18,381 bases of DNA from an uncultured bacterium (GCA_963977445.1 CAXBPH010000129.1:1-18381), one strand, 5' to 3'; shown: positions 9,232 to 18,073, numbered from the stretch's first letter. Numbers and translations: made by a program. The notes: a model not told the origin generated them from the sequence alone.

Positions 9232-10605
9232 ATGAGTAAGCTCTGGGGCGGTCGCTTCGAAGGCAAGACCGATAAACTTGTGGAAGTCCTTGGTGAATCA
9301 GTCAGTTATGATTCCCGGCTTGCCCCGTGGGACATTCGAGGGAGCATCGCTCATGCCACCATGCTCGGTGATTGCGAAATTATCGCCAAGGCGGAGGTGA
9401 AAAAGATCATTCACGGGCTTAAGGCTATCGAGAAGGTCATTGCCGCTGGCGAAATGGTGTGGGATACGGCGCTGGAAGACGTGCACACCAATATCGAAGT
9501 GGCCCTCGTAGCACGAATTGGTGATGCTGGCAAGCGACTCCATACTGGCCGTAGCCGCAACGACCAGATTGCCACAGACATGCGCCTGTGGATGCGCGAC
9601 CAGATTGATACCATTATCCTGGCGCTAAACGACTTACAGCGGGCACTGCTGGACCTGGCGGACGCCCATTTCGACGTCATTCTACCGGGCTTCACCCATC
9701 TGCAAAATGCCCAGCCGGTCCTGTTGGCCCACCACCTCCTGGCCTATGTGGAAATGCTGGCACGAGATGCAGAGCGCTTCACCCAGTTACGCAAACGGGT
9801 CAACGTGCTTCCCCTGGGGTCGGCGGCCATGGCCGGTACGCCCTATCCCATTGATCGGCCCCAGGTGGCCAAGCTGCTCGATTTCGACGGAATTTCCAAA
9901 AACAGCATGGATGCCGTGTCTGATCGGGATCACATGATCGAGTTTTCCGCCAATGCGGCCCTCGTGATGATGCATTTGTCCCGTTTCAGTGAAGAATTGA
10001 TCCTGTGGTCCAGCCCGGCTTTCGCCTTTGTCATCATAGGCGACGCCTTTACGACGGGTTCCAGCATCATGCCACAAAAGAAAAACCCGGATGTTGCCGA
10101 GCTGGTCAGAGGTAAGACGGGTCGGGTTTATGGGGATCTTACGGCGCTGCTGACGCTGATGAAGGGGTTGCCCATGACCTACAATCGGGACTTACAGGAA
10201 GACAAGGAGGCACTGTTTGACGCATCAGATACGGTACAGCTTTGCCTTGCTGTCTTCACCCGCATGATCCCATCGATTGCGATCCAGCGGGATGCGATGG
10301 CCCAGGCCACGGCCGAAGGCTTCATGGAAGCCACCGATCTCGCTGATTATCTTGTGGTTAAGGGCGTTCCCTTCCGTGAGGCCCACGGCATTATAGGTCG
10401 CATCGTGTTGTACTGCACCGATCAGAAAAAGACGCTTCCTGCTTTGTCGGTAGAGGAATTTCAGCGATTTTCCCCCTATTTCGAAGACGACGTATATAGC
10501 ATGTTGTCGCCCGAAGCCATCGTAAAGCGGCGCGACAATCCTGGCGGAACGGCCCCGCGCCGGGTGCGCGCGGCCTTGAAACAGGCCCGCCGTCGATGCG
10601 GTTGA
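9232..10605 (+). CDS. argH: Argininosuccinate lyase
   Basis: MSKLWGGRF start; EDVHTNIE; LHTGRSRNDQIATD; PGFTHLQNAQP; signature GSSIMPQKKNPD; YNRDLQEDKE; ATDLADYLV..VPFREAH; RBS GAGG upstream. Confidence 0.98.
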   Translation: MSKLWGGRFEGKTDKLVEVLGESVSYDSRLAPWDIRGSIAHATMLGDCEIIAKAEVKKIIHGLKAIEKVIAAGEMVWDTALEDVHTNIEVALVARIGDAGKRLHTGRSRNDQIATDMRLWMRDQIDTIILALNDLQRALLDLADAHFDVILPGFTHLQNAQPVLLAHHLLAYVEMLARDAERFTQLRKRVNVLPLGSAAMAGTPYPIDRPQVAKLLDFDGISKNSMDAVSDRDHMIEFSANAALVMMHLSRFSEELILWSSPAFAFVIIGDAFTTGSSIMPQKKNPDVAELVRGKTGRVYGDLTALLTLMKGLPMTYNRDLQEDKEALFDASDTVQLCLAVFTRMIPSIAIQRDAMAQATAEGFMEATDLADYLVVKGVPFREAHGIIGRIVLYCTDQKKTLPALSVEEFQRFSPYFEDDVYSMLSPEAIVKRRDNPGGTAPRRVRAALKQARRRCG

Positions 10606-10685
10606 GATAGTTGCTTGACAATTTGCGAAGTTTGCGCGAATTTGTAATAATATCGGTCGGGGTTCTCTAGGCTCAGGGAGTAGTT

Positions 10686-12203
10686 ATGGCGAAAGCGGAA
10701 CGTATCCTAATCGTAGATGACGAGATTGTGATACGAGAGTTGATGTCGGACATTCTTACCGATGAAGGATTTAGCGTTGCATCCGCACCCAATGGGATGG
10801 CGGCGCTGAAAATGCTTCAGGAGTCCAATGATTTCGTCGTGCTCTTCACCGATATCATGATGCCCGAAATGGACGGCATCGAGCTCATCCGCAAAGCACG
10901 TCTGGTATCACCGGCCCTCGTGCCCATCGTCATGACGGGCTACGCCACCCTGGAAACGGCCCGAGCCGCCGTCAAAGAAGGGGCCTACGATTACGTCCTC
11001 AAACCCTTCAATCTCAGTGAGATAAAGATGTCGGTAACCAACGCCCTGGAGCGTTGCCGCCTATCCAACGAAAATGCCAGCCTCCGCGAAATTACCGAAC
11101 TCTTTAATATCAGCGAACGCATCGCTTCGATTCGATCGGAAGATGCCCTCCTCGAATTTGTCTTGAACGCCGCCCTGGAGCGTGTGGAAGCCGAACGGGG
11201 TTCTCTGATGCTCGTGTCCGACGATGGGTTGGAAATGACCGTGGCCCGAGGCGTCGGCCTTCCCCAGGACTATGACCACGCAGCGGTGCACGTCAAGAAC
11301 AGTATTTCCGGCTGGGTGGCCGAGAACGTCAAGCCCCTCTTCGTCGAAGATATCCGACAGGAGCCCAGCGTAGACAAACTCAGTTGGCAACTACGTGACA
11401 ACTCATTCATTTCGGTTCCCCTGGAACGTAAGGGCTCTGCCCTCTCCGGGCCGGACGCCTGTAAGGGTCGGGTAATCGCTGTATTGAATGTCACGGAGAA
11501 GCGCAACCAGAAGACCTTTACGGAAGCGGATCTGAAGATACTCAGTATCATGGCGAATCATGCCGCTGCGGCCCTTGAAAACGTCCGGTTGCTGGCCGAT
11601 GTGGAAGATACCCAGCGGGAAATCGTCTTTACCCTCGGCGAAATCGTGGAAACCCGTTCACAAGAAACAGGCTTTCATGTGAAGCGTGTGGCCGAGTACT
11701 GCAAGTTACTTGGACTGAAGTGTGGCCTGTCATCGGCCGAGGCAGAAATCCTTCGTCTGGCTTCGCCACTCCACGATGTGGGAAAAGTAGGAATTCCAGA
11801 CGCTATCCTGAATAAACCAGGAAAACTGAGCGTCGATGAATTCGACATCATCAAAACCCATGCACAAATGGGCTATGACATGTTGAAAGTCACCAAGGGT
11901 CACGTCTTACAGGCCGCCGCCATTATTGCCCTCCAACATCACGAGCGTTTCGATGGTAAGGGCTATCCCAATGGCCTCTCGGGAAAAGATATTCACATTT
12001 TCGGTCGAATCACCGGTATCGCGGACGTTTTTGATGCCCTCGGGGTAAAGCGGGTATACAAAGATGCGTGGGAATTGGATCGAATTCTCGAGCTGTTCCG
12101 CGAAGAGCGGGGCAATCACTTCGACCCGGATATTACCGATGTATTCTTCGCCAACATCGAAGAGATCCTGGAAATTCGCGACAGCCTGAGCGACATCGAG
12201 TAG
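10686..12203 (+). CDS. Response regulator with REC-GAF-HD-GYP architecture (putative cyclic di-GMP phosphodiesterase)
   Basis: REC ILIVDD..TDIMMPEMDG..MTGY..GAYDYVLKPF; GAF (AERGSLML..ISGWVAE..SFISVPL..VIAVLNV..FTEADLKIL); HD-GYP ETRSQETGFHVKRV, LHDVGKVG, HHERFDGKGYP, ADVFDAL..RVYK, HFDP; RBS AGGGAG. Confidence 0.93.
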   Translation: MAKAERILIVDDEIVIRELMSDILTDEGFSVASAPNGMAALKMLQESNDFVVLFTDIMMPEMDGIELIRKARLVSPALVPIVMTGYATLETARAAVKEGAYDYVLKPFNLSEIKMSVTNALERCRLSNENASLREITELFNISERIASIRSEDALLEFVLNAALERVEAERGSLMLVSDDGLEMTVARGVGLPQDYDHAAVHVKNSISGWVAENVKPLFVEDIRQEPSVDKLSWQLRDNSFISVPLERKGSALSGPDACKGRVIAVLNVTEKRNQKTFTEADLKILSIMANHAAAALENVRLLADVEDTQREIVFTLGEIVETRSQETGFHVKRVAEYCKLLGLKCGLSSAEAEILRLASPLHDVGKVGIPDAILNKPGKLSVDEFDIIKTHAQMGYDMLKVTKGHVLQAAAIIALQHHERFDGKGYPNGLSGKDIHIFGRITGIADVFDALGVKRVYKDAWELDRILELFREERGNHFDPDITDVFFANIEEILEIRDSLSDIE

Positions 12204-12238
12204 TACGTACCGCGTTGCGTGCTTGCACACACCTCGCC

Positions 12239-13087
12239 TTAAAAATTGCGTACGATAACCTCGTTGACCTTACCCCGCTTGTCGGCCCGACTATTGATCA
12301 GCCGTGACGCCTGGACCAACTCTATCCGATGCTTCTTGTAGAGCTGGTGAACCAGTTTCGCATCCGAATTGGAAAGTACGGCTTTCACGCCCCGCCGGGT
12401 AAGCTCGTCAAAGACATCTGCCAATTCCCGCTGCGAGGTCTCGTCGAACTGGCCCTTGTGATACCCCGTAAAATTGGCGGTTTTGGAGACCGGGGCATAG
12501 GGCGGATCAAAGTAGACAAAGTCATCCGACTTGGCGACATTCAGAATGCCCGCAAAGTGTCGCTCTTCTACCGTGCAACGCTGCAAGGCAACAGATACAG
12601 CACGAAGATTTTCCCGGTCGCAGATGCGGGGGTTCTTATACCGTCCCATAGGCACATTGAATCCCCCTTTACTGTTTTCCCGGAAGAGTCCGTTGTAACA
12701 GGTGCGATTCAAATAAATAATCCGCGCCGCCCGGGCGACGAGATTGTCGGGCGTGGCGGCGCGCACCGCATAGTAGTGTTCCTCATTGTGTGCCACCTCA
12801 TGCTTGGCCAGCAGTGCGATGAGGTCTTCCACGTGGTGTTGTACGCCGTGGTAGGCTTCTATGAGCCGCGCATTGTTGTCGGACAAATAGGCTTTGCTAC
12901 GGCCCAATAACTTTCGGCCATAGAGGTCGAAAAAGAGGGCACCACCGCCGACGAAGGGCTCGTGATACCGGCCATAGGGTCGCGCGTCTACCAGTCGGGC
13001 TTCCAATTCCGTCAGTAACTGACGTTTTCCACCTACCCACTTGAGAAAGGGGCGGGGCTTTTCAGATATTTCCGCGCGCTCCGTCAT
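12239..13087 (-). CDS. dam: Dam-family (D12 class, alpha group) N6-adenine DNA methyltransferase, probably GATC-specific
   Basis: RPFLKWVGGK, motif I YHEPFVGGGALFF, TRD YLNRTCYNGLFRENSKGGFNVPMGRY, motif IV FVYFDPPY, LSNS; ATG at 13087 overlaps the upstream stop codon (ATGA). Confidence 0.92.
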   Translation of the reverse strand: MTERAEISEKPRPFLKWVGGKRQLLTELEARLVDARPYGRYHEPFVGGGALFFDLYGRKLLGRSKAYLSDNNARLIEAYHGVQHHVEDLIALLAKHEVAHNEEHYYAVRAATPDNLVARAARIIYLNRTCYNGLFRENSKGGFNVPMGRYKNPRICDRENLRAVSVALQRCTVEERHFAGILNVAKSDDFVYFDPPYAPVSKTANFTGYHKGQFDETSQRELADVFDELTRRGVKAVLSNSDAKLVHQLYKKHRIELVQASRLINSRADKRGKVNEVIVRNF

Positions 13088-13473
13088 AGTCCGAAATAGA
13101 GCTCCAGCCACGTCTTGAGATCACTCAGCTCGACGGCTTTTCCGGTGGAGAGGAGGTAGGACTTAATATTGATCGAAAAGCCGTCGCCAGCGAAGACTAC
13201 AATGCCCCGAATGGGCCAGGCGGCGATATCATCAATGGTGGCGGGTATTTTTTCTTCGGCGGAACCCGAGCTACCCTGGTATTTGCACTCAATACCGAGG
13301 CTCACCCGTGTCTCCGGGTGTTTGAGCACCACATCGATTCTCCGGCGGGCCCCCCAGATTCTGCGACCTACCGAAACCTGCGACTCTACCGTCAGCCCCA
13401 GTATTTCTCCAAGTTGAGCCACTTTGGCTTCCAGATCGTTTCCCGATTGTACAGCGGCGGCTTTGCCTGGCAT
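13084..13473 (-). CDS. Small PD-(D/E)XK nuclease-superfamily protein (129 aa), putative endonuclease partner of the methyltransferase
   Basis: N-terminal helix GNDLE; RIDVVL (catalytic D); IECKYQ (E-x-K); GSAEEK; beta strand GIVVFAGDGF; ATGA-coupled to the MTase gene. Confidence 0.75.
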   Translation of the reverse strand: MPGKAAAVQSGNDLEAKVAQLGEILGLTVESQVSVGRRIWGARRRIDVVLKHPETRVSLGIECKYQGSSGSAEEKIPATIDDIAAWPIRGIVVFAGDGFSINIKSYLLSTGKAVELSDLKTWLELYFGL

Positions 13474-13550
13474 AGGATGTGACTTTCTCGCAGTCTGATT
13501 CAGCTGTTTTTTCCGACGTTCCCGGTTCTACAACGGGCACGTGGGAGCGC

Positions 13551-13580
13551 AGTATGGCCTACACTATGGGGTGTGATCAA
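13551..13580 (-). promoter_or_regulatory. Possible sigma70-type promoter of the nuclease-methylase operon
   Basis: Minus strand TTGATC (13580-13575), 18 nt spacer, CATACT (13556-13551), about 80 nt upstream of the nuclease ATG. Confidence 0.35.
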
Positions 13581-13826
13581 CTTCAACAGTGAAAGACAAC
13601 AGCCCGGTCAGTTTCGGTGTTTTCAAGGTGAATCGAGCCTACCATATCGTAGTTACTCCGTATTTTATCCTACGCTAACGTAGTATGGAGGCGATATTTA
13701 TTGACACCATGTGCCTGACGCAAAACAGGAATTTAAGAAGCGAAATAGGATGCAATACACCTAAGTACCTTATTTTAATGAGGTTTACGAATCGATGTGT
13801 GGGCAGTTTTCAAAAATTCGGTCCCT

Positions 13827-13842
13827 TGGCATACTAGTTGCA
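13827..13842 (+). promoter_or_regulatory. Sigma54 (RpoN) -24/-12 promoter upstream of amt
   Basis: TGGCAT-ACTAG-TTGCA matches TGGCAC-N5-TTGCW with exact GG-N10-GC spacing; sits upstream of a nitrogen-assimilation locus, preceded by an AT-rich stretch. Confidence 0.85.
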
Positions 13843-14032
13843 ATGTCGACCGAAGGCAAACGATGTGATGTGGGTACCCGGTACGGCGTGCGCGGGCGTT
13901 CATTTCATGTCGGGCAATGGGACCGGTGCAATGGAGAGCGCCCTCTTGGGAATTCCCCTACTGTATCCGCTTTTCTCGAAATACCGATCTACCAATCTGA
14001 GCACGCCCGTTGGTAAAGAAAAGGAGAGATAC

Positions 14033-15376
14033 GTGAAGAGACTGGAGCGAATTCGCGATGCATTTCACTTGCGCCTGGGGCTGTTGGGTGCAGCTATCCT
14101 GGTGCCAGGTCTGGTGCACGCCCAGGATGAGTTGAACTCGGGTGACACGGCCTGGATGCTGGTGGCATCTGTATTGGTCCTGTTTATGACCATACCGGGC
14201 CTTGCACTTTTTTATGGCGGTCTGGTCCGTTCAAGAAATGTGTTGTCCGTATTGATGCAGTGCTTTACCATTACGGCCCTGGCCACCATAATCTGGGTAG
14301 TTTGCGGTTACAGTCTGGCCTTTGGGGTGGCTGATTCGCAGGTGGAAGGGGTGATCAATTTGCACTCCTTCGTCGGTGACTTCAGCAACGTCTTTCTGAA
14401 AAACGTGACGGTAGATGGCTTGGCGGGAACGTATCCCGAAACCATCTTCATCATGTTCCAGCTCACCTTCTTCATCATTACGCCCGCCCTTATCTGTGGT
14501 GCCTTTGCGGAACGGATGAAGTTCTCCGCCGTATTAATATTTACCAGCTTCTGGCTGGTCATTGTTTATGCGCCCATCTGCCACATGGCCTGGTCGGGCC
14601 CCGGTGCCCTCTTTCACACGTGGGGCGTCTTGGATTTCGCGGGCGGTACCGTGGTGCATATCAACGCCGGTATTGCGGCGCTGGTAGCCTGTATCCTCGT
14701 GGGTAAGCGCAGCGGCTATCCCCAGAAGGCCATGCCACCACACAATATGACCATGACCCTCACCGGTGCGGGTATGCTTTGGGTCGGTTGGTTTGGCTTC
14801 AACGCGGGCAGTGAGCTTGCGGCGGATGGCACGGCCGGTATGGCCATGCTGGTTACCCAGATTTCCACCGCCACCGCCACCCTGACGTGGTTGGGTATTG
14901 AATGGATCAAGCATGGCAAACCCAGTGCGCTGGGTGCCGCGACGGGTGCCGTCGCCGGGTTGGTTGCGATTACCCCCGCGTCCGGAACCGCAGGCCCTAT
15001 GGGTGCCCTGGCCATTGGCCTTGTTGCCGGTATCGTCTGTTTCCTCGGCGCAACCTCCATCAAGAGGATGGGTGGTTATGACGATTCCCTCGACGCCTTT
15101 GGCGTTCACGGTATAGGCGGCATCGTCGGTGCCGTGCTCACCGGGGTATTTGCTGCGGAGTCCCTCGGTGGTTCCGGTCTGGCCGAAGGGGTTAGCATCG
15201 GTGCCCAGGTTCTTGCCCAGGTCAAGAGCATCCTGGTGACGCTGGTCTATAGTGGCCTCGTATCGGTCATCCTGCTCAAACTCATCGATCTGACTATCGG
15301 CCTCCGCGTGAGCGAAGAGTCCGAAAATCAGGGTCTGGATTTGGCCGAACACGGCGAAGAAGGCTATTTGCTTTAA
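14033..15376 (+). CDS. amtB: Ammonium transporter (Amt family)
   Basis: GTG at 14033 after AAGGAG; signal peptide ending VHA/QDE; GDTAWML, PGLALFYGGLVR, FQLTF, AERMKF, DFAGGTVVH, LWVGWFGFNAGS, GLVAITP, DDSLDAFGVHG (twin His), GLRV..E..GLD..HGE. Confidence 0.97.
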   Translation: MKRLERIRDAFHLRLGLLGAAILVPGLVHAQDELNSGDTAWMLVASVLVLFMTIPGLALFYGGLVRSRNVLSVLMQCFTITALATIIWVVCGYSLAFGVADSQVEGVINLHSFVGDFSNVFLKNVTVDGLAGTYPETIFIMFQLTFFIITPALICGAFAERMKFSAVLIFTSFWLVIVYAPICHMAWSGPGALFHTWGVLDFAGGTVVHINAGIAALVACILVGKRSGYPQKAMPPHNMTMTLTGAGMLWVGWFGFNAGSELAADGTAGMAMLVTQISTATATLTWLGIEWIKHGKPSALGAATGAVAGLVAITPASGTAGPMGALAIGLVAGIVCFLGATSIKRMGGYDDSLDAFGVHGIGGIVGAVLTGVFAAESLGGSGLAEGVSIGAQVLAQVKSILVTLVYSGLVSVILLKLIDLTIGLRVSEESENQGLDLAEHGEEGYLL

Positions 15377-15385
15377 GAGCGATTT

Positions 15386-15414
15386 TTCGGGGGAGGCCTC
15401 TTGCCTCCCCCGAA
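15386..15414 (+). other. Strong intercistronic hairpin between amt and the PII gene (no U-tract)
   Basis: TTCGGGGGAGGC-CTCTT-GCCTCCCCCGAA, perfect 12-bp stem 10 nt after the amt stop. Confidence 0.7.
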
Positions 15415-15486
15415 CTGATATACTCCCTATTCAATTGAACCCAACGCAGTGCCTTAATGTGGTGGCGTTATGGTCCGGTACCATAG

Positions 15487-15873
<387 letters not shown>

Positions 15874-15904
15874 TATCGTCAATCTGACCCTATGCGAGAT
15901 TACC

Positions 15905-15946
15905 TGTCCCGAATTCAGCTCAGCCGCTGAGTTCGGGATATTTGTT
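15905..15946 (+). terminator. Probable intrinsic terminator after the PII gene
   Basis: TGTCCCGAATTCAGC-TCAGCC-GCTGAGTTCGGGATA stem (with G-U pairs) followed by TTTGTT. Confidence 0.6.
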
Positions 15947-15963
15947 GACAGGATGTATTGAAT

Positions 15964-15993
15964 TTGACAGGCGCAAGCCGTGCCGGGTACCCT
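15964..15993 (+). promoter_or_regulatory. Possible sigma70-type promoter for the single-domain response regulator
   Basis: TTGACA (15964-15969), 18 nt spacer, TACCCT (15988-15993); a second TTGACAGG copy at 15945-15952. Confidence 0.4.
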
Positions 15994-16131
15994 GTGGCGC
16001 ATAGACTTTAGAGGATGGATATACGTGCCGTTTCGGGGGCGGCACGTTGAGCGATTTCTTTGAGGGCTGGCGGGCACGCGTCTCCACTTCTCAACGTACT
16101 ATTCAGTGAAATCGGCAGGATTGGCGGTAAG

Positions 16132-16521
16132 ATGGCATCAATTCTTGTTATTGAAGACGACAAGACAACACGCACCCTATTGGAAGTTATTTTCAAAGTC
16201 GAAGGACACACGGTTTGCACGGCACCCAATGGCACCGCAGGCCTGGCCCTGTTTAAGGCCCGGAAGCCGGACATCGTGTTCGTCGATTTGTTTATGCCTG
16301 TCAAAAATGGCATAGAGGTCATCAGGGCCTTGGCAGCGATGAACACCCGCGCATGTTTCGTGGCAATATCAGGGGGAGGGCCCGAAAAACGAAGTCCACA
16401 AGACTTCTTGATATTTGCCCGTCAGGCGGGTGCCCACGCCGCGCTGCAAAAGCCCCTGCGTAAGAGTGAGTTACTCAAGGTGGTAGATGAACTGCTTACC
16501 AGCAGCCATCATATGGCTTGA
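16132..16521 (+). CDS. Single-domain response regulator (CheY-like receiver)
   Basis: ATG 16132 MASILVIEDD; PDIVFVDLFMPVKNG (phospho-Asp); ISGG; QKPL; 129 aa with no output domain. Confidence 0.9.
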   Translation: MASILVIEDDKTTRTLLEVIFKVEGHTVCTAPNGTAGLALFKARKPDIVFVDLFMPVKNGIEVIRALAAMNTRACFVAISGGGPEKRSPQDFLIFARQAGAHAALQKPLRKSELLKVVDELLTSSHHMA

Positions 16522-16545
16522 GGGCGTCGGGTCAGACGGAGACGG

Positions 16546-17883
16546 TCAACGGGCCAATTGGTAGAGCTTCAGCTCCCCCGGTGGCGGCACGGGCAACGTC
16601 TGCGGCTTGTCTCGATTGGGCCCCAGGGTTTCCCAGCGCAACAGGTAGCGCGTTCCCTTATCCGGACTCGGTCCCAAGTCGGGCGCTGTCCGCACCCGTA
16701 TCCCACTGAAGTCGGAGGTGGGTTGATTAAATCCCTCGGGCCGGTCGGAAGGTTTCTTTGGGAGTTTTTCCGTAGCCCGCAACGTGGTGGCGTCCAATAG
16801 CCAGCGTTCGCTTCCCAGATTCCAGTGGGACCAGGTCTGCTCGAGCGTCCCGTCTGCATTGGCATGGACGGCCCCGACGCGGACCTTGAATTCGATGCTG
16901 CCACCCCCCTGAAAATCCCAGCGGTCGTTCCAATCGCTCGCCTGTGATATTGCCCAGCCCGTATTATTCCATCGTGCATTGTAGACCTGAGAATTTCCGT
17001 CACCATCATACTTATGATAGGAAACGACCGGGCGCTTCTCGGCATCGAAGCCCAGGCGGATATTGCCGTTGATGAGCCCCCCGCCGGGGGGCACCGGGTC
17101 CACAATCGTTCCCGTGGAATCGATGGTAACCGGCAACGTTAAGGGTTCGCCTGCCGCCGTTTCCCAATGGCGTAAATCGGGACTGCGCATGTAAGACGCG
17201 TGGTGGTTGGTCGCACAATCGGACGTGTCACGCCAGACCCAGACCACGTGATAGCGGCCATCCGGTCCGAGTCGTGGGCCATCCAGATAGGCATTCATCG
17301 CGCCGTGCCCATCGGTCAAGGGTTGATCGAGTAATCGGGACCACGTGTCGGTATCCGCATCATAGACGTCATATATCTGATTGCCCGAGCCACTGCTCCC
17401 ATCACGGTAGGTATAGATGAACTCGTTGGCCGGACCTCGGAAGAAGCGGGGATAGGTCATGCGGGATTCTTCCTTGCCCACCAGCCGTTCCACCCGGGTC
17501 ATAGACTCGATATCGAGGGGCCGGGCCATTTTGAAATAGACGAGGGGGTTCACATGCATATTGCCGGAGAGATGGAGGCATTCCTTGTCGTCCATGGCCA
17601 GGGTGATGTAGTTGTGACTGTCCCACCCCACCGTTTCGGGCAGGACCACCCGGGTCCATTCCGTTCCATCCAGCAGGCGGGAGGCCACGACCATGTTACG
17701 GTCCCCGTCATAGTAGGCCACAAACTGCATGGGGTCATGGGTCAGTAAGGCAAAGCCCACAGGATGGCCCGCCCACACCGTGTCTATGGTGATGGGCTCC
17801 GCCGTCGCGGCACCGTGGGCATTGGTGAGCGAAGCCAGAGACAAGAGAAGCGCCCCGACCCCTAAATAACGAGTAATGGACAT
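16546..17883 (-). CDS. Secreted BNR repeat-containing (BNR_4-like) beta-propeller protein, possible polysaccharide lyase
   Basis: ATG 17883 with GAGG RBS; signal peptide MSITRYLGVGALLLSLASLTNAHG; QFVAYYD, WDSHNYI..LHLSGNMH, TYPRF, YRDGSSGSG, NAY, HVVWVWR..NHH, Asp-box-like YMRSPDLRHW. Confidence 0.85.
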   Translation of the reverse strand: MSITRYLGVGALLLSLASLTNAHGAATAEPITIDTVWAGHPVGFALLTHDPMQFVAYYDGDRNMVVASRLLDGTEWTRVVLPETVGWDSHNYITLAMDDKECLHLSGNMHVNPLVYFKMARPLDIESMTRVERLVGKEESRMTYPRFFRGPANEFIYTYRDGSSGSGNQIYDVYDADTDTWSRLLDQPLTDGHGAMNAYLDGPRLGPDGRYHVVWVWRDTSDCATNHHASYMRSPDLRHWETAAGEPLTLPVTIDSTGTIVDPVPPGGGLINGNIRLGFDAEKRPVVSYHKYDGDGNSQVYNARWNNTGWAISQASDWNDRWDFQGGGSIEFKVRVGAVHANADGTLEQTWSHWNLGSERWLLDATTLRATEKLPKKPSDRPEGFNQPTSDFSGIRVRTAPDLGPSPDKGTRYLLRWETLGPNRDKPQTLPVPPPGELKLYQLAR

Positions 17884-17971
17884 GTGGCACCTCGTTTTGT
17901 ATATAGGCTGAAAAGAATGAAGTAGCAGCGGCCAGGATAACCATCGCAAAACGGTAGCCATGCGGTCAACA

Positions 17972-18017
17972 CACAAAAAAACGGCACGACGACTAGCGTT
18001 GTAAGTCGTTGTGCCGT
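17972..18017 (-). terminator. Intrinsic terminator-like hairpin just downstream of the tRNA 3' end
   Basis: Minus strand ACGGCACAACGACT-TACAACGCT-AGTCGTCGTGCCGT (one mismatch) followed by a T-run. Confidence 0.65.
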
Positions 18018-18028
18018 GATGGTTTGAA

Positions 18029-18073
18029 TGGTGGGCGATGCAGGATTCGAACCTGCGACCCTCTGTGTGTAAG
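18029..18073 (-). pseudogene. 3' fragment (45 bp) of tRNA-Val(TAC); probable att core of an integrated element
   Basis: Minus strand CTTACAC (anticodon loop, TAC), ACAGA, GGGTC, GCAGG-TTCGAAT-CCTGC (T-arm), ATCGCCC, A, CCA. The upstream sequence lacks the 5' anticodon strand, the D-arm and the GGGCGAT acceptor strand. Confidence 0.9.

Noticed and set aside
12329..12910. 193-aa plus-strand ORF antisense to the methyltransferase
   Set aside because: Fully nested opposite a well-supported gene with no recognisable motifs; a shadow ORF.
13855..13945. c-di-GMP-I riboswitch (GGCAAAC) or ANTAR dual-hexaloop motif in the amt leader
   Set aside because: The downstream GNRA stem and GCAAAG elements are missing, and the candidate hexaloops lack proper closing stems.
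13838..14032. 65-aa N-terminal extension of Amt, and similar extensions called for PII, the MTase, YdcF, the response regulator and the BNR protein
   Set aside because: Downstream starts have better RBS context or coupling and match family N-termini; the Amt extension would begin inside the sigma54 promoter.
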